DNA of 63,586 nt, the filler included, from Octopus bimaculoides (Eukaryota), in the NCBI RefSeq assembly GCF_001194135.2. It is 5 parts of 4 records of this genome, joined end to end, with 100 filler letters (N's around TTAATTAATTAA, not from the genome) between each part and the next. Parts side by side here need not be neighbours in the genome. Positions count along the whole stretch, not along the records: positions 10,648 to 28,853 come from NC_068982.1; positions 28,954 to 59,809 come from NC_068990.1; 3 more parts are not named here. The stretch is one strand, 5' to 3'. The translations under genes and the position numbers were made by a program. The notes beneath the pieces are model-generated. The model saw only the letters and a program-made list of their open reading frames with translations. It did no database searches and was not told the origin of the DNA. Shown piece after piece: positions 27,281-38,119 of this stretch (positions are counted from its first letter, which is position 1; each line of letters begins with the position of its first letter).

Positions 27281-27589
27281 TTCTTCTTAGTTCATCTTGC
27301 TCCTTATAATGCATTTACTAATAAAAGCAAAAAAAAAAAAAATGAAGAAATAAGTAAATAGAAACAACAATAAAAAAAAAATAAACAATTCACATTTAGT
27401 TGTTTGGTTGCACATAAGAATATAATTGTGTTTGACAAGTAGGAATCTGAAACAGACAAAGAATGCAGGACTCTCTGAAATGAATGGAATCTTTTGTCTG
27501 TGATGAAGACAGAGACTGAGGTGTACGAATATTTCAGGTGAAGAGAAGGAAAGAATTCAATCTACCAACTGCTAACATGGAATGCAGTT

Positions 27590-27648
27590 CAGCATTTATA
27601 ATAATAATAATAATAATAATAATAATGGCAATGGTGATATTGATGATG

Positions 27649-27699
<51 letters not shown>

Positions 27700-27732
27700 G
27701 TGAAGTGAAAGCACGTTATAAAAATAAAACTA

Positions 27733-27813
<81 letters not shown>

Positions 27814-27883
27814 AATAATAATAATAATAATAAAGAAGAAGAAGAAGAAGAAGAAGAAGAAGAAGAAGAAGAAGAAGAAGAAG

Positions 27884-27923
<40 letters not shown>

Positions 27924-28065
27924 GTGATATAGAAGATAGTGATGATGATGATGGTAGTGGTAGTTGTTATGGTGGTGGCGATCTTGGTTGGTGGTAAAAG
28001 ATGTAAAGTAAATCCAAAGTAACTCTGAATAATTCTTCTTTGAAGTATTTATTTATTTATTTATT

Positions 28066-28098
<33 letters not shown>

Positions 28099-28229
28099 GT
28101 TATCATTATTATTCATCATCACAATCATCATCATTTAACGTCCGCTTTCCATGCTAGCATGGGTTATTATTATTATTATTATTATTATTATTGTTATTGT
28201 TATTATTATTATTATTATTATTATTGTTA

Positions 28230-28276
<47 letters not shown>

Positions 28277-28280
28277 TCCT
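27590..28280. repeat. Compound trinucleotide array (AAT/GAT/GAA/CAA) followed by (TTTA)n/(TTA)n
   Basis: Directly visible blocks. Confidence 0.97.
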
Positions 28281-28604
28281 TTCTTTCTTTGATACTCTTC
28301 CGTCTTCATTCCCTTGCTTTAAACCATCAATTCCGATCGATATATTTTCTCAGTGATGAGAGACAGAAAATATGAAATGTGCCTAAATTAAGCATCATCC
28401 TTCTGCAATTGTATCAATATTGAACAAAGATGTTGTACACTGTAGCAGAGCATTAAGTGATAATTTGAAGCAAAATAGTAAATTTTTAAACATAAGGCAG
28501 TGTCACACCATGATTCCGTTATGTAATAATCAAGGGAATAAAATTTGGGAAAATAAGGAATTAAGATGCAATAAAAAAACTAAAAGCTTTAAGAGTATAC
28601 TTAA

Positions 28605-28643
<39 letters not shown>

Positions 28644-28819
28644 GTGTGTGTATTATAGGTGCAGGAGTAGCTGTGTGGTAAGTAGCTTCTTTACCAGCCA
28701 CATGGTCCTAGGTTCAGTCCCATTGTGTGGCACCTTGGGCAAGTATCTTCTACTATAGCCTCGGGCAGACCAAAGCTTTGTGAGTGGATTTGGTAGATGG
28801 AAATTGAAAGAAGCCCATC

Positions 28820-28853
<34 letters not shown>

Positions 28854-29241
28854 NNNNNNNNNNNNNNNNNNNNNNNNNNNNNNNNNNNNNNNNNNNNTTA
28901 ATTAATTAANNNNNNNNNNNNNNNNNNNNNNNNNNNNNNNNNNNNNNNNNNNNGGTCTCTTTTACCGAACCGCTAAGTTACGGGGGACATAAACACACCA
29001 CCATTGGTTGTCAAACAATATTGGGGAACAAACACAGACACACATACATATATATATATACATATATACGACGAGTTTCTTTCAGTTTCCATCTACCAAA
29101 TCCACTCTCAAGGCTTTGGTCGGCCCGAGGCTATAGTAGAAGATACTTGCCCAAGGAGCCACGCAGTCAGACTGAACCCGGAACCATGTGGTTCGTTAGC
29201 AAGCTACTTACCACACAGTCACTCCTACGCCTATGGATGAA

Positions 29242-29287
<46 letters not shown>

Positions 29288-30334
29288 GAACACTCCTTCC
29301 ATATGATGAGTGGTATGTGTTAGGCGATATGAAGGAAGTTGAGTCGTCAAATAGTCAGCAAAGTTGGTCATAGATAGTCATGTCTTACATGTCTAACTAA
29401 CTATACTGCTGTTCTAGAGTGGATGTTATAACGGTCCAGCGTTGGATTACAACAGATAATTTAATTTTAGAATAACATTCTAGAATAATTGTGAGAAATT
29501 GTATCTGGTCAATTTGAACATGAAACAGATGAAATATTTTGGCTAGATATGGCTGGCTTAAATGCTAAAAGGTTAAGTGGAACATTAATGGCATTAATTT
29601 CACTAGTTTCTGTGAAAGCATTCAAAGAGCATGGGCTCCATACTCCCCCCCACCACCACCAATTCCTCCAAGCATAGTAAAAGGAGACAGCATGAGCACA
29701 CGCAGAGTACAGTCATGTTTTTAAGGATACATTTGTAAAAGTAAAGCTTTCTTCATATACACAGATAAATACTTGTGTTCATATGTGTGTGTGTGTGCTT
29801 GCACATCTGAAGTGTAAATTTTTTCATCTACAAAGATATTTTCATGCATATGCACATATGTACACAGACACATATGCATTTTTAAATGACTATAAATTAA
29901 TTATTTCATTTTCACTTTTGAGCACATATTTGTGAAATTGTACTTGTGTGTATGAAAAATGAACAAGTGTTTTTTGCTTTGTTTTAGTTTTTTTTTTTTT
30001 TTTGTCACGTCTAATATATCAATGTTATTTTTGTTGGCAAATTGAAATGATATATGTATACAACAAAATGTGACACTTCCTGTTTTGCACACAGCCAATC
30101 CCAGTGAAGCAGCCAAACCAGCAGATAAGGACTTTAAAAATATATAAAATACGACACTTAATATCTTTTATCATTCATTTTTTTACTTGTTTCAGTCACT
30201 GGACTGCAGCCATGTTGTGGCATTGCCTTGAAGGGTTTTAGTCAAATATATTTTTAAAACTGGTTCTTGTCATACCAATTTCTTTCACTGAACTTCTAAG
30301 TTACAGGGAAATAAACAAATCAACACTGGTTGTG

Positions 30335-30870
30335 AAGGGGTGGCTATGAATGCAGAAGGAATGCAAAGACTAGACAGGAATGAAACTAGTGTGCGCCACT
30401 GGATGTGCAATGTCAGTGTACATGTGCAACAGAGCACTAGTGTACTGCAAGAAAAGTTAGGCATAAGAGGAATTAGATGTAATGTGCGAGAGCGAAGACT
30501 ACACAGGGGTGGTCATGTGATGTGTATGAAAGCTGACAGTTGCATACAGAAGTGCTGATCATTTAAGGTGGAACTCGTGGATGAGGGAGACATGGGATGA
30601 AGTACTGAAGGCCAATGTCAAGACACTGAACTTTACAAAGCAGATGGCAAAGGACCAAGATAACTGGCACTTTGCTGTACTTAAGAAGACCTATCTACCA
30701 CAGAAGAATTGATACCAGGGCTGGTGCCATGTAAAAAAAAAAGCACTCATGCTGGTGCCATATTAAAAGCACTGGTGCTGGTGCCACATAAAAAGCACCC
30801 AGTGCACTCTGTAAAGTTGTTGCTGTTAGAAAGGGCATACAGTCATAGAAGCCATGCCAAAACAGATAAT
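30335..30870 (+). mobile_element. 5'-truncated RTE LINE 3' end (similar at 57525-57940 +)
   Basis: LQEKLGIRGIRCNVRERRLHRGGHVM (an RLRW.GHV-type C-terminus), followed by the shared 3' UTR. Confidence 0.8.
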
Positions 30871-31226
30871 ATATATGTATATGCATATTTTTTTTATTTT
30901 TTTTTTTATAGTTTCAGCTTAGAGCTGCAACCATGCTGATGCACCGCCAAGTATATAGGTATATGATAGGATTGCTTAAATATTCAAGGGGTAGGCTGAA
31001 GTGTCTAAGAAATTAGGGGATAATTAAATCCGAAGGCACTCCTGGAGATTACTTGTGTAGGTACCGTCTTTGTTAGAAGGTATCCAGAGGCAGGTAATTT
31101 ATCGTTTAAACCGCAGTTTATAATTATAATCAAGTGGAGAATGGAGAAACAAACACAGGAAGAAGCAGGTCAATTGCGCTAGTTAGCCATTGATTTAATT
31201 AATTATGTGGAGATTGTATAATGATT

Positions 31227-31278
31227 CATTGATGATCGTTTCGATCTGCCAATTTGATTGGCAGACCTCTTCAGAATG
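31227..31278 (-). ncRNA. Type I minimal hammerhead ribozyme, mirror copy
   Basis: CAUU CUGAAGA [GGUCUGCCAAU-CAA-AUUGGCAGAUC] GAAA C GAUC AUC AAUG. Stem I (CAUU/AAUG) is perfect, but the triplet is AUC, so 16.2 mismatches C15.2 (consistent with CpG decay). Confidence 0.7.
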
Positions 31279-31323
31279 TTATTCCTGCATCTCTCACACC
31301 ATGAACTTTAACATACTTCTCAA

Positions 31324-31375
31324 CACTCTGAAGAGATCTGCCAATCAAATTGGCAGATCGAAACGATCGTCAATG
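31324..31375 (+). ncRNA. Type I minimal hammerhead ribozyme
   Basis: CACU CUGAAGA [GAUCUGCCAAU-CAA-AUUGGCAGAUC] GAAA C GAUC GUC^AAUG. The core is intact, stem II is 11 bp, and stem III contains the palindrome ACGAUCGU. The GUC site would cleave after 31371. Stem I has one C-A mismatch. Confidence 0.8.
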
Positions 31376-31924
31376 AATCATTATACAATCTCCACATAAT
31401 TAATTAAATCAATGGCTAACTAGCGCAATTGATCTGCTTCTTCTTGTGTTTGTTTCTCCCTTCTCCACTTGAATATGCATATGTATATATACACACACAA
31501 TTTCTGTCTACCAAATTCACTCACAAAGGTTAGCCCAGGGCTATAGTAGAAGACATTTACCCAAAATGATATGCAGAGGAACTGAACCCCAAATCATGTG
31601 GTTGTAAAGCCAGCTTCTCAACTACACTACCATGTCTGCACTTATGTAATGAATAAAATTATTTGCTTCTTCTCTTCATCAAAGATACCATTACCATCAT
31701 CTTTATAATCTTCACAGTGAGCATTATCTGTGGGGGTTATTTGATCTGCTAGAAATAGCACCCAAATCCCCCTCAAATCACAGAAAATGAAGGACACATT
31801 GGACAACATGTTTCTAGATATATAATAGAATTCAGTGGTTATGACTGGAAAGCTTTTAAAAATAGCTCTACTCAATCAGGGGTCGGCCTGGGTCTAAATA
31901 GCAATAACAATAACCACAACAAAT

Positions 31925-32146
31925 CATCACTATTATCATCATGATCATCATTATCTCTGTTGTCACTAACAACATCATCATCTGCACACCCACTTATATC
32001 ATCATCATAATAATCAGTATTATTCTCATCATCATCATCATCACCATGTTCATCATCATTCTCTCCCCTATCATGATAATTATAATCAATGTCATCCTGT
32101 TCATCTTCCTTTTTTACAATTTCATCATCATCATCATCACCATCGT

Positions 32147-32177
<31 letters not shown>

Positions 32178-32520
32178 GTCATTAGCAACAGCATCTGCTG
32201 CTGCATTGTCCTTTACATCACATTATCATCCTTGTCATAATAATCTTCATTTTTGTTCTCACTGTTGTCAAAGCCATCATTATCATCATCATCATCACAA
32301 TAATCTCGATCATTGTCCTAATCATAAATCATTGTTTTTATCCTCCTCACTATTATCATCATCATCATCATCATCATTACTATCACTGTCTTCATCATAA
32401 TTATTGTACTTGCATGATTATTACCTATGTCGTCGTCATCGTTTTCATTATACATATTGTGATCATCATCAGAATTATATCCACTACCATCCATGTACAA
32501 TAAAACAACAACATCTCCCC
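31925..32520. repeat. Degenerate (ATC)n low-complexity tract
   Basis: Visible, heavily substituted ATC repeats. Confidence 0.9.
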
Positions 32521-32721
32521 AGGCATTTAAGCACACTGCCTACTGTACATGTGGCCTGTCAGTGTCTGTCAGTAAATTTTCTCTAGCTTAGTCAAGGAAG
32601 GCATTTAAGACAAACTGGTAGCTGATTCAGGTGCATGAAACATCACTAAACTTGTACTGTAAATCTGTTAAGTCTATTATTATGAAAAATCATGCCAAGA
32701 GAATAAAGTACTTAGAAGCTA

Positions 32722-33652
32722 TGTGAAATATCACGAAAGCAAGAACAACTGGACAAACTACACAACACTTAAAAGCTTACAACTGGTATCCAGTGAGATT
32801 ATGAAACGTTTATATTTATACATAGATATAACATAAGGGTTAAATATTTGGAACCCCAGTCGGTGTAAAGGCAGTGAGTGAGTCAGTTGGGTGACAGGGG
32901 CTGAAATGGACAGAAGGAAGCCAGATGGACAGAGCAGTCGGTGATAGAGACTGAGAGAGAGAGGCTGAGAGAGAGAGAGAGGCTGTTAACAGAATGGATA
33001 GAGTCAGTGAGAGAGAGGGACAGAGAGATGGAACTGTTGCGGCTGGCAAACTGATGTAGTGGGAACTTGCATTTGGCTAGCGTTGGCCAAAGTAAAAAGA
33101 AATTAGTGGCGGTAAATGTTTGTTTATATTTCTTAAAGAAAGTGTACTTGCGTTGTCAAATGTTTTATAAAGAAAAGAGGAAAAAAAAAACGAACTCTGT
33201 GTTGTTAAATGTTTTTGTGAAGAAAAGAAAGAAAAAGAAAGAACTCTGTTGTTAACTGTGTTGTTAAAAGAAAGGAAAAGAAAAGAAAAACAAAAGAAGC
33301 AAAATAACTTTGTTAAATGACTCTTGATAAACAAACTTTGTGATGTGAAATGATTGAAAAACTTTGTGATGTTAAATAGTTGAACAGAAAAGGAAACTTT
33401 GTAATGTTAAATGTTTGGAAACTTTGTTGTTAAATGTTAAATGTGTTATTTTAAAAGCAAGAACTATTGTTATTGATTGTTGTTTTGTTTTGAAAAAAAA
33501 AATTAGTTTGACTACGCAACGTATGATCTGAGTTATTTCTTTTCATTGTTATCATTTCACTGCTCGACAGGCTTGGTGGACTCCTGATTCACTGGGCGTT
33601 CGTCGTCGCGCGCGCGGGTTTTCTTCGCGGAGGCCTCGCGTGCGGCGTAACA
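32722..33652. mobile_element. Possible solo-LTR-like insertion with a CpG-rich end
   Basis: TG...CA ends (tgtgaaata...gcggcgtaaca) and a composition distinct from the flanks. No convincing target-site duplication (TSD). Confidence 0.3.
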
Positions 33653-34385
33653 ATATATATGTATATGTTATATATATATATATATGTTATATATATATAT
33701 ATATGCATATATACATGCATATATAGATATATACAAACACACCTGTGCATATATAAACATAAGCATGTGTGTGTGTGTTTGCATGTGTGTGTGTATATAC
33801 AGTGTGCGATGGGTAAATTATTACCATTTTATATTTATAATTATGTGCATGCACATTGTTTGTTTTGGATTTTGTCAAATACACAGTATATTAGGGTCAG
33901 TTGGGCACTGTATTTGAGAAAAACAGCACCATAACGCAATTCTCTCTGCTAGAAATTTGGAAAAGATATGCCGTAGTGCTTGGCATTCATGCTGAATGCT
34001 CCAATATGAACATTTCAGAATGTTTGGGTATCAATCTGGGGACAGTGCAGAGGATTCAGAAAGAGTTGGATGAGTTTAATGGTGATTACAAGAGTACAAC
34101 AGCTAAGAAAACTCACTCTGATCGTTCTAAGAAAAGAACTGAATTTGTTGGTAAGATCCAGGCCATGATTGACAACTATCCCACTAAGTCAATCAGGTCC
34201 ATTACCAGGAACATGGGAGTGTCTAATTTTCTTATCAGGTAGGTGGTGCATGAAGACATTTGGTATTCCTCACACAAGATAAGAAAGGGCCAATTTTTAT
34301 CCCAAGCCATCAAGGACAAGAGGAAAAACCACACCCCAAAGATTTTGAACAAACTCAAGCATCCCTTTCAACCAAACATGCTTTA

Positions 34386-34683
34386 CATTATTTACATTAT
34401 TTACATTTGACAGATATTTCTCCTCATCTTGTTTGTTGTTAATACAACGTTTCGGCTGATATACCCTCCAGCCTTCGTCAGGTGTCTTGGGGAAATTTCG
34501 AACCTGGGTTCTCATTCCTAACGATGTTACTATTATTATTACTATTATTAATCAGGTCGCTGCCGTGAATCGAACTCGGAACCTTGGGGTTAGTAGCCCG
34601 CGCTCTTAACCACTACGCCATATGCCCGTGGGCATATGTAAATAATGTAAATAATTCCTCATCTCTTAAATATAGAATTGTAT
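34386..34683 (-). mobile_element. 298-bp SINE-like insertion: tRNA-like head, (TAA)n linker, hammerhead motif and (ATGTAAATA)n tail
   Basis: Flanked by a 12-bp duplication aaacatgcttta (34374-34385 and 34684-34695). The head at 34627-34555 has box A TGGCGTAGTGG and box B GAGTTCGATTC. Confidence 0.88.
34441..34486 (-). ncRNA. PLE-type minimal hammerhead motif
   Basis: GACAC CUGACGA A [GGCUG-GAGGGUAUAU-CAGCC] GAAAC GUU^GUAUU. Stem III is the palindrome AACGUU, there is one extra A after A9, and stem I GACAC/GUAUU has one mismatch. Confidence 0.65.
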
Positions 34684-35456
34684 AAACATGCTTTAGTTTT
34701 TCTCAGATGAGAAAAAGTTTTGCCAGGATAAGATGGTGAACACAGAACAACCGGTGGCTTGCCATGTTCCCAAAACATGAACCAAGGGTGATAAAAGTCA
34801 AACATCCAGTCAACATCATGGTTTTTTGAGTGATCACTAGTGATGGCAACGTTATGCCGCCATTTATCTTCCTACACAGCCTCACACTCAAAACGGAGGC
34901 CTACATCTCAAGTGCCTGCAGGAGGTAGTGCTACCCTGGGTCAAGAGAGTGGCTGCTGGAAGACCCTATGTCTGGCAACAGGATTCTGCATCATGCCACA
35001 CAAGTAGGAGAATACAGTCATGGCTGATAGACAATTTCTGTGACAACATCACCCCTAACATCTGGCCACCTAACTCCCCAGACTGCAAACCCCTTGATTA
35101 TTATGTGTGGGGCACAGTTGAGTGAGACATCAACAAAACTCCTTGTAACATCAAAGATGGACTGAAAGCAAGGATTACAGCAGCATACACCAACTTAAAC
35201 AAGGAGATCATCCAGAAGAGTTGAAGGAAATTCCGAAGTCGTCTGGAGGCTGTGGTTGAAGCCAATGGAGATCTTATTGAATAAATTTACTCTTTAGTAT
35301 TTCAAGATACTTTNNNNNNNNNNNNNNNNNNNNNNNNNNNNNNNNNNNNNNNNNNNNNNNNNNNNNNNNNNNNNNNNNNNNNNNNNNNNNNNNNNNNNNN
35401 NNNNNNNNNNNNNNNNNNNNNNNNNNTATATATATATATATATATATATCATTCAG

Positions 35457-35794
35457 TCTGGGGAGAGCCATTCTGTTTAAATGCCTTATTAATTAACACA
35501 CTCACCAGTTTAGATTTCCACTCATTTACTTATTCATTTTATCAAAAATGTTCGTTGCTTCTTACAACCTCTTCAATTGTTGTCTCTGTCTGTTATCGGA
35601 GCTGCACACATATGCACACAAACAAACAAACAAACAAACAAAAAGAATGCAGTTCCGACAATTGACAGTCAACAACTATTGAAGAGGTTGCAAGAAGCAA
35701 CGAAAATTTTAGAAAAAATAAGTAAATGAGTGGAAATTGAACCGGTGAGTGTTTTAATTAATAAGGCATTAGAACAGAGTAACTCCCTCCTGAC
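35457..35794. mobile_element. Foldback element with about 145-bp diverged inverted arms and an (ACAA)n spacer
   Basis: atgccttattaattaacacactcacc...cctcttcaat on the left mirrors attgaagagg...ggtgagtgttttaattaataaggcatt on the right. Confidence 0.85.
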
Positions 35795-36289
35795 ACAATA
35801 AAACATGCTTCAGCACATGAATTCACATAAAGAATCCTGCAAACCAAACACAAAAATGAAATACACATACAATGAAAGACAGCAAAAATTCAACATTGTA
35901 AAAATTCGTAAAAACACTAAACAAAAACCTAGCATCCCTTTTCATTTGTTAGGAGTAGCAAAGATGTGAAATATCCCAACATGCAAGGAGAAACGAAGAA
36001 ATGTAAATTACTTGAAAGAATGTAAAAAAAAATTATTTATACAAAATGATTTATACATAAACACACACACACACATCTTTCAATGTGTGTGTGTGTGTTT
36101 GTTTATATTTATGTGTGTATGCGCGCGTCATTGTCTTTCAATGTACTGAGTTGAGTAAATATCAGAACAGGCTGCTAGAGTGAGTGTCAATTATTTTCTG
36201 GAAATTGGCAAGCAGCCTGATAAAGCAGCTGATTTGTTTTAGACAACTTCACGGTCTAAAACGAAAGAATGCCCTATAATACATTTTTT

Positions 36290-36900
36290 TTTTAACGTTC
36301 GAAAATGTTATTTACTTACCTCATTTATAAATTAATTCAATTCTTCGATCTTTCTGGACAAATATATTTATCACATTTTCATAGAAATCTCTTTTCATCA
36401 ATTGTTGTAATAAATCTTTTTCAATTGACATTAGTACTAACCCAGACAGTCTTTTTTCTCCTGCTGCATTTCTTTGGTACGTTTTGATTTTAGTCAATGC
36501 AGAAAAGAATCCTTCTACAAAAGCAGTTGTAGACGGAATTGTCAAAATCAAACTTGCAAAGATTGAAGAGTTCTGGCATAGCTTCAACAAGATCACTGAT
36601 GTAAATACAACTCATTAAATGACTTACACTTCACTTTTTAAAATCTATAATTAGATACATCACATTTAGCTCACTTTGTAATCGAATTACATCAAAAAAT
36701 CTGGCATAAGTTGTTTTTAAAGAATCCACAGGAAATCGTTTGCAATAGTCAACTTAGCTTAAACTCTTCTAAGGATGAATATCATGTTTTTATTTGGTCA
36801 GCTAATGTGCCAATAATTTTGTTATAAAGCATTCTATAATGTTGTTGGGGATCAACAGATATATTCCTGGATCTCTGGATTCAGATTGCTGCATCGATTC
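36290..36900 (-). mobile_element. hAT transposase C-terminal (dimerization domain) remnant
   Basis: ORF 36321-36596 reads ILTIPSTTAFVEGFFSALTKIKTYQRNAAGEKRLSGLVLMSIEK, matching the hATC pattern T.P.TTA..ER.FS.L..IKT..R......RL..L..MSIE. Confidence 0.85.
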
Positions 36901-36979
36901 CATATTTTTCCCATAGCATGTCATAAAATATTGAAAAATTGTCAAGTTTGTTTCCGAGCTCAGTTCTAGTTTTATCTAG

Positions 36980-37477
36980 AAAAACAGAGAAATGAGACAT
37001 GCAACATAAAGAATATTTCCCTTCTTCAGTTGTCCCTGTTCCATCTACTCTGAATTTCGAAGGCAAGGACAATACGTAACTTCGTTGGAACAGTCCTTCC
37101 CGCAAAGCAAATAAAATAGAATTTGGAATTTTTTGCGGAGGGTGAAAGTGTAAACAAGAACAGGACAGTGAGAACAAGACAGTAAAAGACAGTAAAAACA
37201 AGACAAGACAGTAAAAACAAGACAAGACAGTGGACACAAACGGTAAGGGCTGTTAGGCCAAGACGATAGAAAAATTATTACTTTGAATGCTAGTTAGATG
37301 TGAATGAGAGACAAAAAAATCACGTCTTCTCTATGGGAAGTCAGGAAATAGAAAGAAAGAATCCCTTTCCCTTACGTGCCAGTGATGAGAAGGTCAAGGA
37401 AGAGGAGTGAGAGAGAGGGAACGACAACTGAAGAAGGGAAATATTCTTTATGTTGCATGTCTCGTTTCTCTGTTTTT
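36980..37477. repeat. 55-bp inverted repeat (one mismatch) with a 388-bp spacer
   Basis: 36980-37034 aaaaacagagaaatgagacatgcaac...cttcttcagttgtc versus its reverse complement at 37423-37477. Confidence 0.92.
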
Positions 37478-37575
37478 TTTTGTTTTTTTTTTTTGAAAAA
37501 GTTTGTTTTCTGTCTTCGTCTTTACGTTTTCGTTTCTCATTGTGGTTAACGTTTTTGTGATGTTCTGTACCCATA

Positions 37576-37608
<33 letters not shown>

Positions 37609-37790
37609 GTTGTTGTTGTTGTTGTTTTTTCTTCTTTCTTCAAATTTTCTTCCATTTCTCACCGAGTGTTTACCGTACACCTAGGGCAGAGAAACTCGTT
37701 GTATGCATTCCCAGTTTACACATGCAAATTCACAGGTAAAACATGTATTTAAAAAAAAAAAAAATTCATGAATGGATGTTGCTTTCACAG

Positions 37791-37858
37791 CGATAATGCT
37801 CTTCTCAGTATATGAGTCGTTCCAGTTAACACGATTTTTTGCACTTCCTGTAGGAATG
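37791..37858 (+). CDS. Candidate N-terminal (signal-peptide-like) exon of the FN3-rich receptor gene
   Basis: Acceptor gctttcacag| and donor ATG|gtaagc (phase 0, matching the next exon). It reads (A)IMLFSVYESFQLTRFFALPVGM; there is an in-frame upstream ATG at 37772. Confidence 0.5.
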
Positions 37859-37999
37859 GTAAGCCTAGTATCATTTTCAAATAGGTTTCAGTACCTTTTT
37901 TTTATCATTCCTAGAGATCCTACAATCACTCGTATGGTAGTCGCCTTGAGGTGCCACATTTTTTCAATTTCTATAAGCAAGTCTTTATATTTACTGATC

Positions 38000-38042
<43 letters not shown>

Positions 38043-38043
38043 T

Positions 38044-38116
38044 GGTCACTGCCTGGAATCGAACTCAGAATCTTGGGGTTAGTAGCCCGTGCTCTTAACC
38101 ACTACACCACATGCCC
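38044..38116 (-). mobile_element. tRNA-like SINE head of the same family as 34555-34627, followed by (TAA)n
   Basis: GGGCATGTGGTGTAGTGGTTAAGAGCACGGGCTACTAACCCCAAGATTCTGAGTTCGATTCC. Confidence 0.85.
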
Positions 38117-38119
38117 ATC

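Larger units (their letters stand above)
31131..31471. mobile_element. 341-bp foldback element with about 150-bp inverted arms, one hammerhead motif per arm
   Basis: 31131-31280 is the near-perfect reverse complement of 31322-31471, with a 41-bp spacer. It is flanked by aat on both sides. Confidence 0.93.
33800..35312 (+). mobile_element. Decayed maT-family (DD37D) Tc1/mariner transposon, interrupted by a SINE-like insertion
   Basis: TA|CAGTGTGCGATGGG 5' end. Motifs FSDEKKF, KHPVNIMVF and WQQDSASCHTS...WPPNSPDCKPLDYYVWG, with 37 residues between the second and third Asp. The 3' end runs into an N gap. Confidence 0.9.

Noticed and set aside
27730-28375. Homopolymer-peptide ORFs (poly-I, -M, -K, -N, -Y)
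   Set aside because: These are translations of trinucleotide microsatellites, with no splice or homology support.
34555-34627. tRNA gene (apparent anticodon ACT), also 38044-38116
   Set aside because: Boxes A and B are present but there is no acceptor stem. It sits in a TSD-flanked repeat, so it is a SINE head.
37428-37470. CTGAAGAAG core in the 55-bp inverted repeat as a hammerhead
   Set aside because: There is no stem II followed by GAAA on the same strand.
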